DNA from: Ophelia neglecta
Taxonomy: Eukaryota
NCBI GenBank assembly: GCA_965285935.1
Contig: OZ260664.1
Span: 101,618,001 to 101,682,000 of the forward strand
Direction: 5' to 3'
Length of the DNA stretch: 64,000 nt
Below are positions 12,701 to 24,076 of the stretch, in pieces. The first letter of the stretch is position 1. Every line of letters starts with the position of its first letter. The translations under genes were made by a program, and so were the position numbers. The notes beneath the pieces were generated by a model. It worked only from the letters and a program-made list of their open reading frames with translations, was not told the origin of the DNA and searched no databases.

Positions 12701-15700
12701 CGGGGAAGACATTTTAGAGCTTGAAGCGGTCAATGTGACCCATGGATACCTGAAGTATGAAAACAAACAAGAATGCATAGCTTTAGGTCGCCGCCCAACC
12801 GATGAAGGATTTGAAGACCTTGGCCTAGCAATTCATGGCTGCGAGTACACATTCATCGTGGACTATTATGCCGAGCACCACATGCTAAAAGGCGCACAGA
12901 AACAACAAATGCAATACCTATCTTTGAACTTCTTCTACAACACCATGCGCAACACAAAGAAGGACGAACAATTGATCAGAAGTGACAAAGACTACATTAG
13001 TATGATAAAAGGCATGGTGAAGTCACAAAAGATAGATACTAACAATAAAACTATTTTGAATGACACGTTGAATGACTATATGGCCGCTGAATATTCCTAT
13101 TACATATTGATGGAACAGTTATTTTTCCAGTGTAGATTGGAAGCACTTTCCGTTGAGCTCTTTGATGTAAACCCTGGCCAAGCTTTTGAACCTGATTATG
13201 TTAAAACCGTGGATAAATTGATACATGACTTCCACAAGGAATTGTGTAAACACCGGGAGAAGTTACCAAGCTCTGGGAATCAAAATCTTCCCATTGAGGC
13301 TGAAATATTTCAAAAGTGGTATGCATTTTTATGTCAAAGAAGTAGAGATGATTTAAAAATGAAATTGAAAGACCGTGACGATAAAGAAACAGCAAATGCC
13401 TTGATCAGATGTTTGCTTTTCCATGGGTCTTCAGAGATGAATAGTTTAAAATTGTGCCTAAAGGGGTACAGTGCTCATTGTCATGAACTGCTTCAAAGGA
13501 AGTGCAATACTTTTCAGGCCACTAAGACAGACATACTTGCAGAATCAGAAACTTACAGGATTGTTAATAGCGTATGCAGAAAACAAAAGTTGGTTGTAGT
13601 TCGGGTCCACAAAAATATTCGGAAATCTGCAAGGAGCTCTCCCGGAAACAGGTTATACAAGACCATCACCATTGCCAGGGACATTGCCTACGGTAAAACT
13701 TTTGAATTTGAAGTGATACGAGATTTTGGAGAATTCACAGTGAGCACGGTAACAGAAGATGTGACGAGTCAGAAGTACAGAATTCACCGACGACTACAAC
13801 CTGAAATATGCCAATATGAAGATGCCAGGTTTTCAAAGTGTAACAGGGGCCCGCGTGGAGAGCCATGTAATAACTACAAGCCAGTGGCGCCAGATCCCAC
13901 ATGTCAGAACTGTGCTCTTAAGCACACTAGTGACTCTGAAGCGGGGCAATGTTTAGATTACAAACCAGTGGCACCAACTCTCACATGTCAAAACTGTAAC
14001 CACAAACACAAAGTAATCAAGGACTACAATGATCTAAACACCCTACCTTGCATCCTGATTCTTGTTGACAAAGGGAGACTAGGACACACATTTCCAGATA
14101 GTTTCTGTGTACTGGATCAAAGGCAGCAATTCAATTATACCAAAATGATAAGTACCAAAGAAAGGAAGTCTGATTTATATTTGTCCCGCATAATGCAAGA
14201 ACTTGGACGACTCTGTCGCTATGCTTACAAACCTGGACAGATATTACCAAACCATCAGGCGTCATCTTATACTGATCTGCCATATGCTCTGGTTGGGGAA
14301 AAGCTATTCAATTATCTTTTTGAGTCACTAAAAGAAGTTCCTGTGTTTTATGGCTATTTCGCAAAGAAAGGTGACCTAGATGCTTATGTAAAATCCCCAG
14401 CGACAGAGCCAGAGAGGGACGAGGATGACCTTCGTGAAAAGGTTACCAAGTTGGTGGCTAACAATAAAAGTTATGATTCCGGAAACACAAAAAAACACAA
14501 AAACAGGCTGTTACTAGAAGCTGAGCCTCAAATTGGTAAAACAGGCGTTTATCTGAAAACTGTGAGCATATTGAGAAAGAAAATTTGCAAGGAAACGGAA
14601 ATTGAGTATATCGAGCAATACGATTCGTCTGATGAAGAAGATAAAGAGGAAATGATGACAGAACCTTCTCTTCCTGCCACGTATGAAGTAGGAACAACGA
14701 ATGAAAACGCGGACCTATGGAGATATCCTTACTGGAGGGACATGGAATCACAAAAACTCCCAAAAGTGGGACCGGGCAAGTACGATCGTACAATTGGATC
14801 TGCACATTCACCTGGAGGAAAAGAAAAAACTGAAAATTTGTTTCAGAAAGACAGAAAAGGACACAAACAGGAAGGAAGAACCATCGAACACGATTTTGAG
14901 CAAGATCAATTTAAAGCTTACAATTACACCCACAGTTGCCCAAAGTGCAGGATACATGAATTAGGCAGGCAGATCAGTAAACGCGTGAAAATTGAGCCTT
15001 CTGGTAGAATTGATGACTCATTTCATGTGAATGTTAGTATTCCAGATTTGAAAGAATATGAGGATGTACAAACGTTAGTTAACCCAGATGAGTCCCAGAG
15101 AAAAATTACATCACAGACATTAAAAACTGATACATCCCTTGAGAGCTGGATATTTACGCCATCTTACAAAAGGCACAATGATGCTACCGTGAATTACAGA
15201 CATACTATGGTACTCGAAGAGAACAGTGACAAATGTCACTATGTCCACTTCCTAGTGGTGAGGAGGGAAGAGTACCCTCTTTACTGTAGTTACTGGGGAA
15301 GTTCACACGGGATTATAGAGCTGCCTGAAGACATTTCCGTCAAGGGTGATGATGATGTCGTGAAAAAGGTAGATGCCGAAAGCGGCGGCATTGGCTATTC
15401 CCGTCTAGTCATTCAGAGGTTCGCAACACAATTGGGTTGTAAACATATTTTCATGATAGATGATAATGTAATGTCCATTCATGAAATAACCACGCAGTGT
15501 GGTGACGACGGACAGGAGAGAATATTGAGAAAAGGCCGGCATCTACAAATCAAAAATGTTCCTTTTTTCAAAGCTCTGAAGCATATAGAGAACCAACTGT
15601 GCCATCCAAAAGACAAAGCGGACAAAGTCATGCAAATTGTAGACAAAGAAAAGGCATTTGATCATGGTGTGCCATTAGAAGGGCTAGAGGGTTATACCGG

Positions 15701-18700
15701 AAGTTCAGACAAATATGCCGTACTTGGCTGCTTAAAAGTCAGACGAGGCGTCCTTCATGTAAAACAACCATTTAAGAAAACTTATGTGTCTTCTCTCGTT
15801 TTGCTAAACCTGCTCTCACTCAGGGAAAAAAACATCCAATATGATATTAAGGAGAAATCATTCGAAGATGTGCATCTGTGTCAAAGATGCGACGAACGGG
15901 GCTTGTGGTCGTGCAAGTACAACCGATTTGTAATGCGGAAACTGAATTTAAAATCCCACATCATTAGTGATATGTTCTATTGGCCAAAAGATGTGAGGCT
16001 GTCATCATACATTAAAGCAACCCAGAAGCTGCCAGATGAGGAGGATGAAAGAAATAGGCTTCTTAGTTGGGTAGAATCCAAACATCCTCCGTCAAATGTT
16101 CAACAGTACCTGCCTCAGGAAAAAAAGGGTAGCGCGGTAGAAGTATGGTGTAAAAAGTTCAAGTCAACCGTAAAGGACAATGCCCAGTTGCATTTATTGC
16201 TATACCTTGACTCAAATAAGTCACTAGTACAACTCCACGAATACTTCAAAGGTACATGTGGAATTGGTGGTTTTGATCACCACATCATTCTCTTCTCGGA
16301 AGTATTCTGTCGAGCAAATGAATTACTTTGTTACAAAGCCTTTGTTTGTAAACTTATAACGCCTGTGTTTGAAGAACAAACCAAATGTGTTGTGATCTCT
16401 ACTCACAGCATTGAGCACTACACTGTCAGATACATAGCCCTTCACATCACAGGAAAAAGTAAGTAAATTTGATATATAATAACGAATCTAAATGTAATAA
16501 CATATAACTCATTCCATATTGTTCTTCAAATGTATATCATTTGATTTCACTGAATGTTGATCGTCTAACTGTAAATGAATATTGCTATACCTTTGCAGTT
16601 TCTCATCCTCTGGACAATGATGCACTGTTTAATGTCATCGTAACACCCTCAGACTCCACGCCAGCGCAAAAAATTGTAATAATACCCGATTCACCTACAG
16701 AAGGAGAACAAGACAAGCAAGTTTCAAAAGAATCCCATCCATCGCCATCGAGGTAATACACTTTCCAATTATTTCTGCCCGTTTCGTGCGATTATGAAAT
16801 ATCTACATTAAAACAACAACGAACGCAACTGATCCTTATTAAGATCCTCTGACGCCGAAAACCGGATTTCTGCTGAATGAGAATTGCTAATCAGTTACTC
16901 ACATAATCATTTTCCACTACATGTTGTTATTAATGCGAGTTTAAATAAGTCTTCCTCTTCCCAATCCAAATTTAAAAGTGAATCCATCTCTCCTTTACTA
17001 GTTATGTTCCATCTTGCCGGTCCTGGGTATGCCGGCTCAAGGCTGAAAGCAGTGTTCAAATCCACTTCAATACTAAAACACCTGGGAAGTGTTCTACAGA
17101 ATACTCGTAGGCTTTAGTACTTATTATTTCTAAAGGAAAGAGATACAACTTTCTCAAGTCGGGTGTTATACTTACATTACGTAAATAGCCCGTTTTAAAC
17201 TGTAGAGTCATAATCAACGTTCGGTAATTGGAACACCAGGGTTACATCAGACAGAAGACACAAGGTTTTACAAATACCATGGGCCCAAACTCGAGTTGAC
17301 ATGATGGGGAGTGTTTAGGTCATACAGAGCCAAAAGAAACTTTTCCTTAGCTACTTAAAAAAAAAGAAAATAAAAATCGCGAAGCAGCCAACTGGAACCT
17401 TAGTAGAGCAGCTAAAACCCAAAACAAATATGTAAATAGAACGAGAGTGGATGTGATATTATTATCTTCCGCAAAGTGACGGCTTTTTTGTTTTGATTTA
17501 TTGTGAAATGATCTTCCGATGATCACCGACACTCCTATGAAGAGGTTCAATGGTCTGCCCACATACTGGACACCACACTCATTGCAAGTTATTAGAAAAC
17601 TAGTTTTAATCGTATGAAAACAAATAGAAATGGAAGAACTAACTGATTGTGTATTTTTGTGCACAAGCACTGAAAAACTGGTGATACCCCACCACTTCCC
17701 CACCACAACATAAAGACGAGACAGCCATCAATTTTTCGAGAAGTGTGGTACCTGTATGTGGAGACGGCCGCTCTCTGTTTAGGTGCATTGCCGCATAAAA
17801 GCTGTCCACGGCAATTTAAATTGATTAACCCACTTCAAATTCACTTTTGGACATAACATAGGTATATCCGTTGCTATTGAACCAAATCCTAACTACCGCG
17901 GTTTACAATATTAAGTTAGTCCGAGCAATCACCATTTTACAGGACTAGGGAACAAATCGTTGCCTTTACCTATGTTTAGGCATGTATTGTGGAGGAATTG
18001 TACTAGTCATGTCACATTAATAAGGAATCCTTATGTTCTGTCACAAACTCTTTATAGCAATTATGTGTGCAAAACAGTGATAGAAATAATTTAAACTCAG
18101 TTCTTCCAAAGCACACTTGTCTATGTCCTATGTTCACCATTTATTCGTTTGCATGGTTGTTTGACTCTTTGATATATTTTCATGTGGGTCATTTTTTTCT
18201 GTCATGAATAGCAGCCACTGCGCGTTTTTTTCGCAATTCACGCATATAATGTAAGAAAATATTACAGAAACATGCTTTCTTTGACGTCTGATTTTTCCTT
18301 GCAGCAGGTCTGATACCCCCAAACCGACAAGTCTAGGTAATGAATTATTTTTATTTGACCAAAACAGCTATATACAAACTCAAATTAACATATACATTAC
18401 TAAGTCGTCCGGACGCCAACACTGGTTGAGGCTGATTGGTTGCAGGCCCTCCTCTTCATTACAACGCCTTATTAAAGTCAATGAAATAAACTATTATAAA
18501 CATGATTATACATGAGCATAATTAATAATAGTCAGCTTAGAATACAATGTATTTCAACATACATACAGTGCATCCATACATATGTAAACATATCGGAACA
18601 AATGTACATACAAATTGACACATCCATAGAGGTGCATACTATAAAATAGGCATCTAATGTACGACCTTGAGATCAGATGAGGTCATTCAAAGACATAAAT

Positions 18701-19673
18701 GTAAAAACCATAATGCAATCGAAGATACAAAGAAGCAGAAAATTGTTTGCAATCATGCTATAAGCAACACTGAAGTGCCTTCTCTTTAACAAGAATTACC
18801 ACTTAATGCACGAACAGTTGCTTTCTGACAAAGATGAAACAAATTGAACTTATAATTTGATGTATGCTTCCATGTTTTTAATTTCAAGTAGTTAGATATA
18901 TTTTTATATCACTGTGTTTAATAACATTTATTAGACCTTTATGGAATGGATATAGCGCCTATGGCTGGAGCAAGGTTTGTGGTATCGTCATATTTGTACC
19001 AATTCTAATAAGAATGATGGGGTACTGATTGCTATATTTTATGAAAAAGCTTAGGGCACTTCAGTGATGGTTTGCTCGAGAAAAAAATCTCCTGACCAGT
19101 GTGCCATTAGCTCATATTATCATATTAGCTCATTTAGCACACTACTGTGTAATAATCTGTCGAATGTAGGGGGTGCTTGACAAAAAACGGTTGAGAGAAT
19201 GCGCCTGATATTGATTACCAAATACGGATGTCTCACATCCAGGGTATCGCGAGTGCAACATTTAGGGAAAAGAGCCTGGTTTGCTAGACGCTTGTTGATT
19301 TTGCGTTATGTAAATATTAATTAATATTTTTGTTTGATATTTAGTTAAATATAAAACCTCTTCCTTTTTTAAGTCATTTCTTGTTATCATTGGATTCGTT
19401 GTTATTTCAGATGATCAGCAAGATGAAACATTTATCCGTGAGAACTCATGTGTATTATGCCACTCTCCAGCAAGCTTTGAAGAGGCAACATGTTTAAGTG
19501 AGTCAGCACTTGAACAATCAACTGTCGCTGTAGTGCACAACATGCTTTGGGTCCGTTGCATTCGTTGTTCCGGTTGGTGCCACCTGCGATGCTGTCCCAA
19601 ATACTACTCATTTGCCGACTTAGTTCTGATAAACAGAGAAGATAATGGATTTTATTGTACTAATTGTCAATAA
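6787..19673 (+). CDS. Multi-exon GREB1-like gene (~2001 aa): TTF-type Zn finger + circularly permuted SF2 helicase + TAGT/GT-A glycosyltransferase + PHD finger. Exons 6787-6847, 6986-7115, 8388-8766, 11472-16458, 16599-16752, 18305-18336, 19411-19673
   Basis: All six introns are GT..AG with matching phases (1,2,0,1,2,1). Exon lengths 61+130+379+4987+154+32+263=6006 nt give 2002 codons ending at TAA 19671-19673. The start codon is the least certain element. Confidence 0.8.
6986..8766 (+). CDS. Exons 2-3 (6986-7115, 8388-8766): TTF-type zinc finger like the N-terminus of hAT transposases/ZMYM1
   Basis: Spliced peptide FDFPRRLQGKKTMKLQPHWLTDYLWLRYSVIENAVYCVYCLLF...YKDWSNLKKRIDSHIKEGSPH fits the FP..W..W L.YS...A..C..C.LF...W....H....H pattern. 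The phase-2 splice cg|g is conserved in three copies. Confidence 0.82.
8109..8286. mobile_element. TA-flanked pogo/Tc1-mariner-like MITE (copies at 39607-39782, 55489-55665, 61463-61639)
   Basis: TIR CAGT(G/A)AAACCTG..AAGACC / GGTCTT..CAGGT(T/G)TCACTG, mostly TA-flanked; internal ggtctgatt repeats. The left TIR of this copy is decayed. Confidence 0.7.
8793..9022. mobile_element. Harbinger-like MITE in intron 3 (copies ~56172-56401, ~62146-62375)
   Basis: gggcccgctcccaggaagcagtcttaag versus reverse complement of the right end gggcctggtttctaaagccggtcttaag. Superfamily is inferred. Confidence 0.55.
10994..11020. mobile_element. 27-bp micro-MITE CATAGATAT..ATATCTATG
   Basis: 9-bp TIR; 7-bp TSD GTCCTAC (10987-10993, 11021-11027); absent at the paralogous site ~58347. 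Confidence 0.75.
11472..16458 (+). CDS. Giant exon 4: GREB1-like circularly permuted SF2 helicase plus GT-A (TAGT/JGT-like) glycosyltransferase
   Basis: Contains ORF 11571-16466, extended in frame to acceptor ttattAG|11472; donor GTAAGT at 16459. Helicase motifs: LIVADEAHWG (~11973), LLVTAT (~12123), LILVDKGRLGHTFP, MQELGRLCRY (~14196), AEPQIGKTG (~14535). GT-A motifs follow: IFTPSYKRH, HFLVVRREEYPLY, GGIGYSR, FMIDDN (~15459), FEDV (~15864). Confidence 0.88.
16860..18000 (-). mobile_element. Degenerate Penelope-like retroelement remnant (GIY-YIG) in intron 5
   Basis: Minus-strand FLITCNECGVQYVGR resembles the PLE GIY-YIG motif YxIxCxxCxxxYVG. Boundaries are approximate. Confidence 0.5.
18305..18336 (+). 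CDS. 32-nt micro-exon (RSDTPKPTSL) with a NAGNAG acceptor
   Basis: tttttccttgCAG|CAG...CTAG|GTAATG converts phase 2 (end of 16599-16752) to the phase 1 needed by the PHD exon. Confidence 0.68.
19411..19673 (+). CDS. Terminal exon encoding a PHD finger (not in ORF track)
   Basis: After gttatttcAG it reads (D)DQQDETFIRENSCVLC...MLWVRCIRCSGWCHLRC...GFYCTNCQ*, a C4-H-C3 pattern with the PHD W-x-x-C-x2-C-x2-W-x-H-x2-C and F-x-C-x2-C signature. Confidence 0.82.
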
Positions 19674-22600
19674 GTTTATTTTAAAATGGATACATGACGA
19701 TCGGGATTTGTCGACAAAAGCGGTCTACTATCATGCTTACCAATAATCCCACATTCCCTAGAAAGTATTGATTCAACCCATGGAACAAATAGTCCCTTAA
19801 CCCGGTTGCCTACAGTTGGGCAGTCAAGTCTCAATCTGACCGTAGAAGGGCTTACAACAAAATAACTAACGCCTGGAATTCAGGGCTCACTTGTAATGAA
19901 ATGTGGAAAGTAATGGATATCTTCAATCATCTACCCTCACCTCCACCTATTCTCGAAAAGGTAAATGTCTTGTGAGAACAATAGATGCCTATGTAATATG
20001 TTAAACCAGCCTCGATTTTTTGCCACATTGATCTATTGGGGGCGAGTGACTGGACAGCAAGCAAATTAATAAGTTTAGAAAATAGTGTGAAGTATTGTTT
20101 GTGCCGTTTGAAAGTCGTGATACAAGTGTCTAAGATGAATACACAAACACTGTATTCAACATGCGTTTCTGTTCCTGTAAATTTACATGAACTAATATTT
20201 TAAATTGAGACAAGTTATATATATTAAACTTAGTCCTTATTATTTGTGTATGTATCTAAAGCTTGTCGAAGACACCAACTTAACAATGGGTTTTATAAAG
20301 ACCAATGTTAGAATGTGTTTTATTAAGCAGTAAACCTGTATTTGTTATTATGCATGCATGTCATATGTTGTTCATTATGTATACACCTACATATTATATA
20401 CAGTCTTCAAAGTGAATTTTAATGAAACATGCGATAGCATAAAATGAGCAAATAATGTACCTACAGTGTGTATAATAAGATTCTTAATAATTCAGAAAAT
20501 GAACACAGCCTATGCCTTAGATATCAGTTTATAACATTTTAGCCCTTCGCACTTTACACAATTATTTCTTCATGGATCTATCATGACATAAAGCATCAAT
20601 ACTTTAATGTTATTGACTAAATAGAACAAAGAACCTTTACATAATGTGCAGCCTTCCTCTAAGGCAATCTTGATATGTAAATATATCAACACCCAAGTAT
20701 ATATCCTGAAATGCCATATTATATGATATTTGAATAATGAGTAGTTTCCAGTTTAATCGCGATAAGCCTATTCATAATAATTCGATTGTGATTTCTGAAT
20801 AAAATGAAATCGGATTTAATTGCTTGTATTTTATCGTTGGCGTATTTTTTTTGAAGCGACAGAGCTACCGTGGAATTTATTAGTATACCTCGGGAGAAGG
20901 AACTCAACTATATATTTTATAATTGTAAAGATAAGTCAAGAGTTTCACTAAATGTAACTCCAAGAAAAAGAAACTGATATTCGATCAGAAGTCCATGAGG
21001 ATAATGTTGGTAGTGCGTTTCATGCATAGCTCATAAAAGCTAACTCCTGCTCAAAATCCAAACCAAAATAGCTGCACGTCATCTCCACGGCCGCCCGGTC
21101 GAGGGCACAGTAGTATCCAAGCAGATGGTTCAGCGTTGCTTACTACTAGCTGAAGTCAGAGCGTCGTTCTACCTTAATTTGTTATGCCTCAGCCGACGTG
21201 TGAAGAAACACCTGATATTTATACAGGTACCTTTAACCGGACATTTATACATACAAGATAAATTAATCAACAATTGTTCCCGCTGCTGCTTAAGGAGGGA
21301 CTTCGGACAAGATCCGGACACTTTGAATATTCTTGCTCCAGAGAAAAGCCCGTGACAGTCGGCAGGTTGACCTCTTTCCGTATAATTGGGCATAACTATT
21401 ATTGGGCGATGCGATTAAAATCTGGGCTCATATAGAGTGTATACCCGGATTCTGATATGGCGTTGAAGCTTGTACTTATACTTGAATTTGTGGTTATGAT
21501 TTGAATATAAATTTAGCATTTCATTATTGGATTTAGTTTTGGAACTAGAATATGGCGCTGACATACCAGCAGCGAAGTGTTCTTCTGGATGCCTATAGCT
21601 TTGCAACTACGCACAAAAAATGGATTTATGACAGCAAGCAGGTGATAACTCCTTTCTGTAATTAAGCTCATGCTTCACCGACATTGCTTTAGAGATGTCC
21701 TTAACAATGTCAGCGTGTACAGGTACATATGCACACCTGTCATGTCGACAGCCATATTAACAGCTACGTGCAATTGGAAAATGTTCTGTGTCTCGTATTG
21801 CATATAGAAGGAAGTTACTTTTAAACATAACTTTATTTTCTGAATCTATATACACTGGCATAAACATGTCAATCTTCATGAAAATATGCAGGTTGCATAC
21901 TATACATATACGCACGACGTAAGACACAGCCACCGCCCTAAATATCAAATAGCACATTGTTATTTTTTAATCCATACCAATGAGGTGACAAATGCTATAT
22001 ATGAAAAAGTTTATTGAGGACATTCCAATGTTATTTGTTTGCCCAATTGACACTTTTACCTGTCAGCAAGTGTCTTTGAGCTGCTCGTTACTAATAGAAA
22101 AGGGAACATAATATATATATTGCTTGGTCAACCGACCTTTAAAAAATGCATCCATGCCAGATTCCATTCGATGTAAAGAACCTCTTTCTCCCATTCACAT
22201 ACACCATCTGTTAAACTGAACCATGTTAAATATAATTATAGCTATATTGATACACGGAAACAACCGAATTAGTTTACCTCATTCAAAACTGCTTTATATT
22301 ATAAATATAGGCAAAATACAACAAAGCGCCTTCGAACTATACGGATTTCTTGTTTGAAGCTGAGAAAAAGGTTTGAATTTGTTTGATTATGCAATACCCA
22401 TGATAGTAATGTGACACTAATAAGATTGGACTTTGTTTTAGAGGAGTGCGGGAAGGATAGATAGCCCCGAAAAAAATAAAATAAAGCGCAAGCCATACTC
22501 ACATCTCTACCTGAAATATCGCCCACTATATTCATAACATTCCGTGAGCTGTTTCCCAACTGGCATCCTTTAGCAACAGTGACCCTCATTGATATAAAGA

Positions 22601-22767
22601 GGTGTGAACGCACCCTCCACAGCCGGCTGCCTGTCGGTGGTAACACGAGTAAGGGTTCTACGAGCATGTAGGCACGAGTAGGGTCTCTACGTAGGCCTAT
22701 ATCACGCTTACCCTACTTCACTGCTGTTATATTGGTGCTATTGCCAGAATGTCAACACCACCAATGT

Positions 22768-22840
22768 CATAGACTCATAGCAGCCAAAACCTGGCCAACG
22801 CCCCAGGCCAGTGTACTAAAAGATATTTTCGGTTCTATAG
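22768..22840. mobile_element. Short CATAGA-ended MITE
   Basis: CATAGA...TCTATAG flanked by the 7-bp direct repeat CCAATGT (22761-22767, 22841-22847). Confidence 0.5.
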
Positions 22841-23297
22841 CCAATGTGTGACTGAGATGCGAAACTGCAGCAAAGCCTGACCTACGTGACGAGCTAGTTA
22901 GTCACATAGGGTGTTTACGTCGGTTGTAACACAAGTTGAAACACATTTTAATACATGCCATATGTGTACAATCAAATGCCAATTCAGGCTTGGAAAATCA
23001 CATTTTGATCAGATTTGAAAGAAGAAATGCTAGGCTATGCCATTGAATCATATAATCAGACACATTTACCTGTTCTAGACCACCTTTATGAGGGTGGAAT
23101 GTGTGTAGTACCTATTCAAAATGCAGTGACTGTTTTAATTTTGAGCCTAAGGTAAAATCCCTAGGTCTGGGTCCACCTTGTTCCCAGATTGGAATTGTTT
23201 CAATGTATTACAACATGTGACACTTTTTGTGTGACGTGACCAACCTAAGTCCGAAACACTCTCATAGAGGTGGCATGCGAACGTCTTGAGAACAGCT

Positions 23298-23642
23298 CCC
23301 GGGGGGAGGGGGCACTCTGTATACTGAGGTTATTACATATGTGCCGCCGTTCCGACCCCCCTTTTTCGACCTATGTAGAATTTCGACCCCCTGTTTCTTA
23401 CCTACATGTAGAATTTCGACCCCTGGTTTTAGCATATGTACGACTCTTGATTGAAATGTAGAATTTCGACCCCTATATTTGGTTGAAATATAGAATTTTG
23501 ACCCCTATATCTGGCTGAAATGTAGAATATCGACCCCTGTTTTCAGCAATTTTGTACAGTTTGCGCCTGTGATTTGAAGACTGGGCGGCACATATGTACT
23601 AATTTCCAGACTGAGTGCCCCCCCCCCCCCACCCCCCCTGGG
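23298..23642. mobile_element. Non-autonomous DNA transposon with G/C-run TIRs and internal ~32-bp tandem repeats
   Basis: CCCGGGGGGAGGGGGCACTC / GAGTGCCCC..CCCTGGG ends; 8-bp TSD GAACAGCT (23290-23297, 23643-23650); repeated atgtagaatttcgacccc. Confidence 0.8.
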
Positions 23643-23816
23643 GAACAGCTTGAAGATCATCAAGTGAGGAGATTGGACTTGGGAGACCCCAGCCGATTGA
23701 GGAGGTGGTGGTGACAGACCGTGGTGGTGACAAACCGTCCCAACGACAGCGCTACCGTGATAGTCGTGACTACCAGAAGACCGAATCACACGCCAAAAGG
23801 CCCGGTATGAACAGTA

Positions 23817-24065
23817 TAATGTGCTGGTCATTACGGTTATGTAATGGCCTTCATTGCGGTGGGCGATTGCCTCATTCCGATGCTTACTTAATGGGAGTGG
23901 GTTGGTCCTTTGTCAGCGTGTGTCGACCGCACAGTTTCAACTATATGGGATTAGCTCTGTCGGCTTGGCAGGCCTCGTTTTCATATTCTGGCCGGGCCTG
24001 CCACGTTGTATTCCTCTCCGCGGTCACTCTGGCCCCGGTCAGCAAGGCATGCACTGGCAAATTAC
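23817..24065 (+). repeat. Split direct repeat A1 (=A2 28441-28689)
   Basis: 249 bp; the only difference I saw is GC versus CT in gggcctGCcacg/gggcctCTcacg. Confidence 0.95.
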
Positions 24066-24076
24066 TGGTCTCTAAT

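Noticed and set aside
11571-16466. 1631-aa ORF as a stand-alone prokaryote-style gene
   Set aside because: It starts at TTG, has an in-frame splice acceptor upstream and a GTAAGT donor 5 nt before the stop codon; it is an internal exon.
20700-22700. Possible decayed coding or transposon sequence
   Set aside because: Only short ORFs with no motif I can support.
23370-23540. CRISPR-like repeats (atgtagaatttcgacccc with short variable spacers)
   Set aside because: Spacers are short and related, there are no cas genes, the context is eukaryotic, and the array is inside a TIR/TSD-bounded element.
23705-24076. N-terminal part of the 293-aa ORF, and ORFs 28401-28744, as proteins
   Set aside because: Chance read-through across the host flank and repeat A; gag more plausibly begins at ATG 24077.
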